A stretch of DNA of 64,000 nt from Candidatus Shapirobacteria bacterium (GTDB lineage Bacteria; Patescibacteriota; Microgenomatia; UBA12405). Every line of letters starts with the position of its first letter. The stretch's first letter is position 1. The position numbers and the translations under genes are program-made. Below are positions 1 to 8,138 of this stretch, one piece after another. The notes under the pieces were generated by a model. The model worked only from the letters and a program-made list of their open reading frames with translations, had not been told where the DNA came from and did not search any database. The stretch is taken from positions 67,342 through 131,341 of the forward strand of contig JBAZYN010000001.1 in assembly GCA_041659325.1 (NCBI GenBank), given 5' to 3'.

Positions 1-92
1 TAACTTATAAAATTCCCGATAGTGGAGGGTCAATAAAGATCGAGGGCGAAGTCCACCTCACTGGGCCGGAATCAGGAGGCCGTTGGCAATAA
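1..92 (+). CDS. 3' end of an upstream gene (partial, unknown function)
   Basis: Open frame from the window edge ([29 protein letters not shown]) ending in TAA at 90-92, 1 nt before the next ATG. Confidence 0.55.
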   Translation, partial: TYKIPDSGGSIKIEGEVHLTGPESGGRWQ

Positions 93-93
93 T

Positions 94-816
94 ATGAAAA
101 ATAAAAAGATATTAATAATCGCTTCGATCGTGACATTAGGTGCCATCAGCATTGCTACCGGTTGGAGGTTGTATCAAACCAGAAAAGATTCTCAGGCCCC
201 TATTGAGCCAAAAGCCACTAGTCCGCAATGTACCCTGGAGTTTACTGTTTCTCCGCCCACTCCAACTCCCACCGTAACCTCTGGTCCCTCTCCAACTCCG
301 GGTCCGACCTCTACCAATACTCCCACGCCCACCAAAACTCCAATCCCTACCAAAACCCCAATCCCTACCAAGACTCCTACTCCCACCATAACTCCTACCG
401 GTACCCTCACCCCAACCATGACTCCTTCCGCAACGGCTATTCCCACCCCAACAGAAACATCTTCTCCAACCCCAACCATGACACTCACCAATACTCCCAC
501 TCCCACCAAAACCCCGGTTCCCACCGCCACACCGGTTCTTGTTTGCGGATCACCCTGTGGTGAAAATATAACCGGAATCTGCCCAGAGAACCATTCCTGT
601 TATAACGGCAAATGTGTTCTCCTTGCCTGTATGGAAGAATCCGCTGAATGCAATACCAGTAATTGTAAAATTATTCCTACCTTCGCCCCGACTGATACCA
701 AAAGCCCGACTCCAACCAGAATAACACTTCCCAATGCTGGCGTTGATTTCCCTGTCAAAGCTCTCGGACTTGTCGGTGTTATCATAACACTGTTAGGATT
801 TTTGATATTACTTTAA
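94..816 (+). CDS. Pro/Thr-rich surface protein with Cys-rich domain and C-terminal LPxAG sorting signal
   Basis: N-terminal basic/hydrophobic signal, long PT-repeat stalk, 8-Cys module, LPNAG (727-741) followed by a hydrophobic helix. Confidence 0.85.
   Translation: MKNKKILIIASIVTLGAISIATGWRLYQTRKDSQAPIEPKATSPQCTLEFTVSPPTPTPTVTSGPSPTPGPTSTNTPTPTKTPIPTKTPIPTKTPTPTITPTGTLTPTMTPSATAIPTPTETSSPTPTMTLTNTPTPTKTPVPTATPVLVCGSPCGENITGICPENHSCYNGKCVLLACMEESAECNTSNCKIIPTFAPTDTKSPTPTRITLPNAGVDFPVKALGLVGVIITLLGFLILL
331..384 (+). repeat. Three imperfect 18-bp tandem repeats encoding [12 protein letters not shown]
   Basis: accaaaactccaatccct / accaaaaccccaatccct / accaagactcctactccc. Confidence 0.85.
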
Positions 817-828
817 ATTAAATAAAAA

Positions 829-1746
829 ATGAAATTAGGCGTTTTTTCAATTATCGAGGCGATGCGCCCCAATCAGTGGATCAAAAATTTAAATCTTTTT
901 GCTGCCGCCATTTTCAATGGTCAGCTACTCGATCCGGTGATTATGACAAAAAGTATTCTGGCTTTTTTTTCTTTTTGTTTCCTTTCCTCCTCCTCCTATT
1001 TAATCAATGATTTGGTCGATGTGGAAAAAGACCGACTTCATCCGGTAAAAAAGATGCGACCTCTCGCCAGAGGTGTCGTTTCAAAATCTACAGCCATATT
1101 TACTTCGATTTTTCTTTTGGTCCTCGGTTTAACAATATCTGGTTCCATCAATTCCACTTTTTTTTGGTTGTCATTATTTTTCATCATAATGCAATATTTA
1201 TATTCATTTACTATAAAGAAAAAAGCGGTATTGGACATAATCGGAATTGCTCTTTTCTTTATCATCAGAGCTTATGCCGGGGAAGTAGCTACGGGTTATC
1301 ATCTGCCAGTCTGGGTAATGCTATCGGTAATTTTCTTGTCATTATTTATAGCCAGCGGTAAACGCCGCAGTGAATTATCCAATAGCGGATCAAAAACACG
1401 TCTATCCTTGGAAAGATACGGTAAAACATTATTAAACTTTTATACAACCATGTTTGCGGTTTGTACCTTGATTACCTACGCCATGTTTACCTTTTTTGAA
1501 GAGCCAATCAGCTTTGAAGGTCCGATCCACCAATTCTTGCTGGAAAACTTCCCCAAAGCTCTATCTAGAAAATGGTACATGATTACTCTGGCTCCGGTTA
1601 TTTTTGGAATAATGCGGTATGGTCAAATAATTTTTGAAATGCAGGAGGGAGAAAGGCCGGAGCGTGTTATCGCCACCGATATTCCGCTAATTCTATCCGT
1701 TCTTACTTGGGGTTTGATGATGATTGCTATCGTCTATGTCCTCTAA
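829..1746 (+). CDS. UbiA-family prenyltransferase, decaprenyl-phosphate phosphoribosyltransferase (DPPR synthase)-like
   Basis: RPNQWIKNL, YLINDLVDVEKDRLHPVKKMRPLARG, KRRSE and GERPE motifs; multi-TM protein. Confidence 0.85.
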   Translation: MKLGVFSIIEAMRPNQWIKNLNLFAAAIFNGQLLDPVIMTKSILAFFSFCFLSSSSYLINDLVDVEKDRLHPVKKMRPLARGVVSKSTAIFTSIFLLVLGLTISGSINSTFFWLSLFFIIMQYLYSFTIKKKAVLDIIGIALFFIIRAYAGEVATGYHLPVWVMLSVIFLSLFIASGKRRSELSNSGSKTRLSLERYGKTLLNFYTTMFAVCTLITYAMFTFFEEPISFEGPIHQFLLENFPKALSRKWYMITLAPVIFGIMRYGQIIFEMQEGERPERVIATDIPLILSVLTWGLMMIAIVYVL

Positions 1747-3310
1747 ATTTTTGGTCGTTTTGATCTTTCTTCTTTTTTTCACCAGATTCATAAAGTTAGA
1801 TTGGGGAAACGGCTATTATTTTCATCCGGACGAAAATAACATGGCCTCAGCTATTTCCCGCCTGTCACCGGGTAGTCTCGATCCAAAATTTTATGCCTAT
1901 GGTCAATTTCCCCTCTTTCTGGCTTTTTACTCTTTTCGATTTTACTCACTCTTACTTTGGAATATTCTACCCGACCACTTAACCTTTAGCCAGTCGATAC
2001 TCACCCTTAGATTTTGGTCTGCAATATTTTCCACTCTCTCTGTTTTGGTCTTCTATCTTATCTCCAAAAAAATTACTCCCAAAAAATATTTTTCAGAGAT
2101 ATTTGCAATTCTTTTAATATTTTCTCCCGGACTAATCCAGTTTTCTCACTTTGGAACCACCGAGTCGATATTGATCTTTGTGCTCGCGATAAACACCCTG
2201 TTAGGTTTGTTGATTCTTGATTCAAAAGGTATTCGGTTGGTTAATTTAGTTATTGCCTCGTCGCTTATTAACGCCGCTGGTTTAGCTACAAAAATTACTT
2301 CTGTAATATTGATCGGGCCGGTATTGCTTGCCCTCCTCCTTTTGTTTATCAGGAGTAGAAATAAAGTCCCAATCATATTACTTACCCAATTATTCACAAT
2401 TATTACCATTGTTTTATATGCCGCTTTTTCTCCCTTCAATATTGTTTCGAGAAAGGAATTTCTATCGACTATGGGTTATGAAACCGCAGTCGCTACCGGA
2501 AAAATCCCTGTATTTTATACCAGTCAATTTATTGGTACTAGACCATATATCTATCAATTTATCCACATCTTCCCATATGTAAACGGCCTGCCCGTTTTTC
2601 TTATAGCGATTTTGGGCATAATTCTTTTTATAAAAAAATTCCCAAAACCAATCGATCAAAAATATAAATGGTTAATCGTGCTCGCCACGCCGCTGATTTA
2701 TTTCCTTTATGTTGGCCAACTCTATACCAAGTGGACCCGTTTCATGTCACCGATATTCTTTATTTTTCCGCTTCTTACTGCGTATTTCATTTCTTCTCTC
2801 AGGCCAAACGGGCTAAAAATAATTTTCACCCTAATTTGTGTTATCCCCGGCTTCGTTTTTCTTTACAGATATCTCCAAAAAGACATTAGGGTTACGGCTT
2901 CGGAATGGGTGGACAAAAACATCCCCGAGAAATCAATTGTTCTTTCAGAAGCCGGAAATGTTATTAATTTTCCCATGGGGACAACAAGGGGATATGATAT
3001 AAATAATTTTGATTTCTATAAACTTGACGAAGACCCTAATCTTCCACCCAAACTTACAGACCTAGTCTCTGATGCCGATTATATCTTTGTCCCCTCAAGG
3101 CGGATCTTCAAAAATCAATATGGCCCCCGCTTCCCTCATAGCGATAAATATTATCGCCGGCTTTTTTCAGGCGCACTGGGTTTCAGGTTAATAAAAACCT
3201 TTCCGGCAGACTTAGTGATTTTAAATCCTGAAAATGCCGAAGAAACCTGGACTGTCTTTGATCGGCCAGTAATTAGGATTTTTCAAAAAGTAAATGGCCA
3301 AGCTCCATAA
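1736..3310 (+). CDS. GT-C fold membrane glycosyltransferase (GT39/ArnT/PMT-like)
   Basis: HPDE acidic motif after TM1, PKFYAYGQFP, many TM helices, extracellular C-domain. ATG 1736 preferred over TTG 1724. Confidence 0.8.
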   Translation: MSSKFLVVLIFLLFFTRFIKLDWGNGYYFHPDENNMASAISRLSPGSLDPKFYAYGQFPLFLAFYSFRFYSLLLWNILPDHLTFSQSILTLRFWSAIFSTLSVLVFYLISKKITPKKYFSEIFAILLIFSPGLIQFSHFGTTESILIFVLAINTLLGLLILDSKGIRLVNLVIASSLINAAGLATKITSVILIGPVLLALLLLFIRSRNKVPIILLTQLFTIITIVLYAAFSPFNIVSRKEFLSTMGYETAVATGKIPVFYTSQFIGTRPYIYQFIHIFPYVNGLPVFLIAILGIILFIKKFPKPIDQKYKWLIVLATPLIYFLYVGQLYTKWTRFMSPIFFIFPLLTAYFISSLRPNGLKIIFTLICVIPGFVFLYRYLQKDIRVTASEWVDKNIPEKSIVLSEAGNVINFPMGTTRGYDINNFDFYKLDEDPNLPPKLTDLVSDADYIFVPSRRIFKNQYGPRFPHSDKYYRRLFSGALGFRLIKTFPADLVILNPENAEETWTVFDRPVIRIFQKVNGQAP

Positions 3311-4985
3311 AAATTATCTCATTGTAATTATTTGCGTTGCTGGATTATTGAGGCTTGTTGGCCTAAATTGGGATCAGGGCAACCATCTTCACCCCGACGA
3401 ACGAATGATCACTATGGTTGTTGGCCGGATTAGCATGCCTCCGATAGATCCGGTACTAAAAATTGGGCAAAAACTAAATATATTATTTTCTCCGGACTCA
3501 ACCTTAAACCCCAAATTTTTTGCCTACGGATCCTTTCCCATATATCTTCTCAAATTTTCTGCCCACCTTCTTACCCCGATATTTCCCAAAATCTCTTCTT
3601 ATGATCAAATTAATTTACTCGGAAGAGCAATCTCTGCCGTCTTTGATACTCTTGTCATTATTTTCATTTATCGTCTTGGCCTTTTGATTTTCAAGAGTTC
3701 CTCAAAAAGTCTCTTCGCCTCGGTAATTTACGGCTTATCTATCTTTCCTATCCAGTTGTCCCATTTCTATGCAGTCGACACGATTTTATCTTTTTTTATC
3801 CTATTTACCATTTATCAACTAATTTGTTACTTCCGGCAACAACGATTTATAAATCTTTTGTTCGCCGGCGTTGGTTTCGGATTATCTTTAGCCACCAAAG
3901 TAAGTGCCATCGTCTTGGTAGTACCTTTTGCCACCTGCTTTACCCTATTGACCTGGCGTTTTATTAACTCCAAAAAAATACTAAAAACACTAAAATTACT
4001 TCTATTAGTCTCCGCCATTACGATTATTGTTTTTTTTATTTTCCAACCATTTGCCTTAACGGATTTTTCTACTTTTAAACGACAAATACTCGAGCAACAG
4101 GCCATGACCAAAGATGCCTTTGTCTTCCCTTATACACTTCAATATGTCAACACAATTCCTTATCTTTATCCGCTAAAAAATATCTTTCTTTGGGGTCTTG
4201 GCCCGGTAATTGGCCTTATGGCTACAATTGGTTTTTTTGCCCTAATAAAAAAATTATCTCGAGGGCTATTTTCTCCCGGCAGCCAAAATTCACCAGGAGC
4301 AACCATTATTTTATTTTCCTTTTTTATAACGTATTTCATAATAGTAGGTGGTTTTGCCGTAAAATGGATGCGTTATTGTCTGCCGCTGTATCCGATATTT
4401 GCCTTATTTGCTGCCAACACTATCGGAGATATAAAGTCAAAATACCTAAAGACTACTATTTTATTAATCCATTTGTGTCTTGTTTTTGCCTTTATGAGTA
4501 TTTATCAAGTTCCCAATACCCGGGTTACCGCCACCAAATGGATTAATAAAAACATTTCTCCAGGGTCAACTATTCTAGTGGAACACTGGGACGATCCACT
4601 GCCTTTAGGTTATCTCAATAAAAATATTACTCAACTTTCTTTACCGCTTTACGATTCCGATCTTGAACCCAACAAGTGGGTTAACATCAACAAAATGTTA
4701 GATACCGGTGACTACATTATTCTTTCGAGTAATCGTCTCTATACTCCCCTCCAAAAACTAACCAATTGTGATCAACTTCCTCCCGGTCGGTGTTATTCCA
4801 AAACAGCTACATATTATCAAGACCTTTTTTCCGGGAAACTTGGATATACCAAAGTAGCTGAGTTTACCAATTACCCCAAACTTTTTGGAATTAGCATCGA
4901 CGATCAGTCAGCCGACGAATCTTTTACTGTCTACGACCACCCAAAAGTAATGATTTATAAGAATACTCATGTTCAAAAAAATTAA
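3294..4985 (+). CDS. GT-C fold membrane glycosyltransferase (GT39/ArnT/PMT-like), paralog of the preceding gene
   Basis: HLHPDER, PKFFAYGSFP, IQLSHFYAVD, GLSLATK, C-terminal ADESFTVYDHP. Confidence 0.85.
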   Translation: MAKLHKNYLIVIICVAGLLRLVGLNWDQGNHLHPDERMITMVVGRISMPPIDPVLKIGQKLNILFSPDSTLNPKFFAYGSFPIYLLKFSAHLLTPIFPKISSYDQINLLGRAISAVFDTLVIIFIYRLGLLIFKSSSKSLFASVIYGLSIFPIQLSHFYAVDTILSFFILFTIYQLICYFRQQRFINLLFAGVGFGLSLATKVSAIVLVVPFATCFTLLTWRFINSKKILKTLKLLLLVSAITIIVFFIFQPFALTDFSTFKRQILEQQAMTKDAFVFPYTLQYVNTIPYLYPLKNIFLWGLGPVIGLMATIGFFALIKKLSRGLFSPGSQNSPGATIILFSFFITYFIIVGGFAVKWMRYCLPLYPIFALFAANTIGDIKSKYLKTTILLIHLCLVFAFMSIYQVPNTRVTATKWINKNISPGSTILVEHWDDPLPLGYLNKNITQLSLPLYDSDLEPNKWVNINKMLDTGDYIILSSNRLYTPLQKLTNCDQLPPGRCYSKTATYYQDLFSGKLGYTKVAEFTNYPKLFGISIDDQSADESFTVYDHPKVMIYKNTHVQKN

Positions 4986-6480
4986 TCCTCTTGTTGGAAT
5001 TTTGATATTTTTTTTGGTAGTTTGTTTCTATCGTCTGGACTCAATACCCGGAGAATGGTTTGGTGATGTTTCCATTGTCAATAGTTATGTTTCTCAAATT
5101 ATTACCGGGCAGTGGCCATTTACTTTTATCACTAGTCAAGGACCTCTCTACTACTATCTTATCGCTCCCATCATTTATATCTTCGGGGTTAGCTACCTGA
5201 ATTATAAAATATGCTCTGTACTTACCGGATTAATGGGCATAGTATTCGTTTATCTGTTTGTTAAAACTCTAAGCAATAGGTCAGCCGGATTAATTGCCGC
5301 CTTCATTACCGCCTCTTCTTTTTGGTACTTAGTTTGGTGCCGCCTAGGCTACAATATTATCGGCCCTGTTCTTACTGCCATCACTTTATTTTTGTTTTTT
5401 AATTATCAAAAAAATAAAAATACGAAATTTCTTTACTCGGTGCTATTTATTAGTTGCCTTGGTCTTATCAATTATGCCGGAACATTCTTCCTCCCACTGG
5501 CAATTATTACCATTTTCTTAGTAAATGCCATCTTTATATCAAAAACGAGCATTCGTTCAATTTTTACTACACTTATTATTTTTTTTATTGCTCTCGTTCC
5601 CATGGTTATCATACTTAGTCAGAACTTAGATAGTCTATCCCCTGGTTATATGGGTGAAAAATTATTTCAAACTAAACAATACTCAACCTCGGAAAATATT
5701 AATCGTCTGGCCACCAACTTACGACGCACCTTAGGTATGTTTCATTTTGAAGGTGACGTTGTTTTTCGTTGGAATGTCTCAAAAAGTCCTCATCTGGACA
5801 TTGTAAGCGGAATTTTTTTAATCATTGGCTTAATTTGTTCGTTAATTAAAAAAAAAGCTACAACTTTATTATTACTAATAAGCGCCTTTATTTTAATTTT
5901 ACCTTCAATATATCCAGGCCACCCTTCGGCGGAAGTGCCCAGTAGCCCCAGGACCCAGGCTATTATTCCCATAATAATATACTTAACTAGTTTCGGAGTT
6001 TATTACTTGACGGAATTTACAAAAAAGTTATATCCGTCAGCTACAAAAATATTACTTTTCCTCATTCTTTCTAGTATTTCATTTTTAAACTTAACCAAAT
6101 ACTTTATCGACTACCCGAAGGGTTTGCCTAACGACAATACTCCATTTGGAAAAATCATCGCCCAAGATATTGACAAGTTGCCTCCCGGAGTCGATGTATA
6201 TCTTGCCGATATCGGTTGGGGTGATTGGGAACAGCCGGAACCAGACGGAATTTTTTATGCCATAAACAACAATAAAGGAAGAGAAAATATTCTCTCGGGT
6301 ACAATAAGTGATTGTAGTCAAATTAATCAATTAAAAAATAGTTATATAATTTCAAATCCACTTAGTGAAACAAAATTAGAAATATTCCAACAATGTTTTT
6401 CTCAAATCGAAACAGAAACACACACCGTAAACAATCAACTTGTTTATAAAAGCCTGTTTATAAAATCAAATCCTGACTAA
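4969..6480 (+). CDS. GT-C fold membrane glycosyltransferase (ArnT-like)
   Basis: YRLDSIPGEWFGD loop, GPLYYYL, multi-TM with soluble C-terminal domain. Confidence 0.75.
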   Translation: MFKKINPLVGILIFFLVVCFYRLDSIPGEWFGDVSIVNSYVSQIITGQWPFTFITSQGPLYYYLIAPIIYIFGVSYLNYKICSVLTGLMGIVFVYLFVKTLSNRSAGLIAAFITASSFWYLVWCRLGYNIIGPVLTAITLFLFFNYQKNKNTKFLYSVLFISCLGLINYAGTFFLPLAIITIFLVNAIFISKTSIRSIFTTLIIFFIALVPMVIILSQNLDSLSPGYMGEKLFQTKQYSTSENINRLATNLRRTLGMFHFEGDVVFRWNVSKSPHLDIVSGIFLIIGLICSLIKKKATTLLLLISAFILILPSIYPGHPSAEVPSSPRTQAIIPIIIYLTSFGVYYLTEFTKKLYPSATKILLFLILSSISFLNLTKYFIDYPKGLPNDNTPFGKIIAQDIDKLPPGVDVYLADIGWGDWEQPEPDGIFYAINNNKGRENILSGTISDCSQINQLKNSYIISNPLSETKLEIFQQCFSQIETETHTVNNQLVYKSLFIKSNPD

Positions 6481-6509
6481 ATACATGTTATCATCTAAAT
6501 ACTTTTTTT

Positions 6510-7571
6510 ATGAATAAAACATTGAATCCGGCAGTAACCATTATTTCCACCTCCCCCGAAACAGTCCTAAAAGACTATCAAAAACTCTTTTCCAATTTTC
6601 CCAAACCCAAAAATGTTCCCACTATTATTAAACTAAATTTATCATGGACAAAATTTTACCCTGCCGTATCCACTCCCCCCTGGCATTTCGAAGCTGCCTT
6701 ACAGTGGCTAATTAATTCCGGCGTCTCTCCTAAAAATATTATCCCCGTCGAAAATCGAACCGTAGTAACCAAGGTTAAGGTTGGTGCCAAAAATCATGGA
6801 TGGACAAAAATTGCCAAAAAGTATGGAGTAAAAATCCATTATCTTACCGACGAAAAGTATGTTTCTTTTCATCCCAAATCAAAAATGTTGGTTTTGAACG
6901 AAATTTTCCCGGACGGAATTCTTTTACCAAAAATAATTATGGGTAAACCGTTGATTACTCTTTGCACCCTCAAATCCCATGTCTTTACCACCATTACCGG
7001 CTCAGTCAAAAATTATTTTGGTATGCTCAACACCAACCGCCACTTTTGTCATCGGCGTATTCACCAGGCCATTATCGATTTACTTCAGGTCCAAAAAGAA
7101 CTTCATCCGCAAATCTACGCTGTTATGGACGGGTCTGTTTTAGGTTTTGGGCCCGGGCCTCGCGCTATGGAGTGGGAAGCGTCTAATTTGATTTTAGGTA
7201 GTCTCGACGAAATTGCCCTGGATGCTACTGCCGCCAGAATTATTGGTTTCGACCCACACACCATCGAATTTCTTCAGCTTGGACAAAAATTAAAATTAGG
7301 GGAGATCGATCCAGTTTATAGCCAAAAATTACCAAATTTCCATCACAGCATCAAAAAAGACACCTTTGCTTCAAGAGGTCAAAAATTTATTTATCATCGT
7401 TTACCTGAGTGGATCGAAAGACTACTTCTCCGAAGTTTTATTGCCCCCTGGTCCTTCGCCGCCTCTAACTTATATCATGATGGTTATTGGTATAATTTTG
7501 TCGGTCGTTCTCGATTGAATCGCTATTTATCATCTGGTTGGGGGAAGCTATTTAAATCTTACCAAAAATAG
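6510..7571 (+). CDS. DUF362 domain protein
   Basis: IIKLNLSW, LKSHVFTTITGSVKNYFG, VMDG...GPGP, IALDATAARIIGFDP; no ferredoxin Cys motifs. Confidence 0.8.
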   Translation: MNKTLNPAVTIISTSPETVLKDYQKLFSNFPKPKNVPTIIKLNLSWTKFYPAVSTPPWHFEAALQWLINSGVSPKNIIPVENRTVVTKVKVGAKNHGWTKIAKKYGVKIHYLTDEKYVSFHPKSKMLVLNEIFPDGILLPKIIMGKPLITLCTLKSHVFTTITGSVKNYFGMLNTNRHFCHRRIHQAIIDLLQVQKELHPQIYAVMDGSVLGFGPGPRAMEWEASNLILGSLDEIALDATAARIIGFDPHTIEFLQLGQKLKLGEIDPVYSQKLPNFHHSIKKDTFASRGQKFIYHRLPEWIERLLLRSFIAPWSFAASNLYHDGYWYNFVGRSRLNRYLSSGWGKLFKSYQK

Positions 7572-7573
7572 TC

Positions 7574-8131
7574 ATGAATCTTCTTTTCTGGCAGACAAAA
7601 GCCAATTTTTATAAACTTTTTTCCTCATCGTCAGTCGGCAATCTCTTTTTAGTTTATTCAAATTACGCTACTTGGGTTTTTTTATTATTTCCCTCCTTTA
7701 TTCTGGTAAAGAGTAACCCCAATCTTTTTTGGCAGCTTTTTTTTGCTACCATTGCCAGCGAGATAATCGAAAAGGTACTAAAGAAAAAAAACTTTTGGAA
7801 AAGACCAGCCTTTACCAACAATGATAATATTCCCAAGGGGTTAATAAAATCTTGGTATCTTACCGGCTCATTTCCCTCCGGGCATACTATTAAAGCTACT
7901 TTTTTCTTGCTGCTTCTTATCCAGCACCAACTTTTTTTCCCGGTTTTTCTAATTATTATTATTCCTCTGATATTTTTTCGAATTCTTATTGGTTTTCATT
8001 ATCCCATCGACGTCTTGGGCGGCGTCATCATTGGAGCCATTATCTGGTTTTTTGTTCGACTGATTATTATGCCTCTTTTTTTAATTAATATCGTCCAGAC
8101 TATCTTTAGTTTTGTATTTTTTATAAAATAA
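7574..8131 (+). CDS. PAP2-family lipid phosphate phosphatase
   Basis: C1 K-x6-RP, C2 SFPSGH, C3 RILIGFHYPIDV. Confidence 0.9.
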   Translation: MNLLFWQTKANFYKLFSSSSVGNLFLVYSNYATWVFLLFPSFILVKSNPNLFWQLFFATIASEIIEKVLKKKNFWKRPAFTNNDNIPKGLIKSWYLTGSFPSGHTIKATFFLLLLIQHQLFFPVFLIIIIPLIFFRILIGFHYPIDVLGGVIIGAIIWFFVRLIIMPLFLINIVQTIFSFVFFIK

Positions 8132-8138
8132 TACACAT

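Noticed and set aside
262-534. Repetitive DNA considered as a possible CRISPR array
   Set aside because: No constant repeat with unique spacers; explained by PT coding repeats; no cas genes.
192-563. V/G-rich minus ORF 192-530 and alternate-frame ORF 228-563
   Set aside because: Shadows of the Pro/Thr repeat codons of 94-816.
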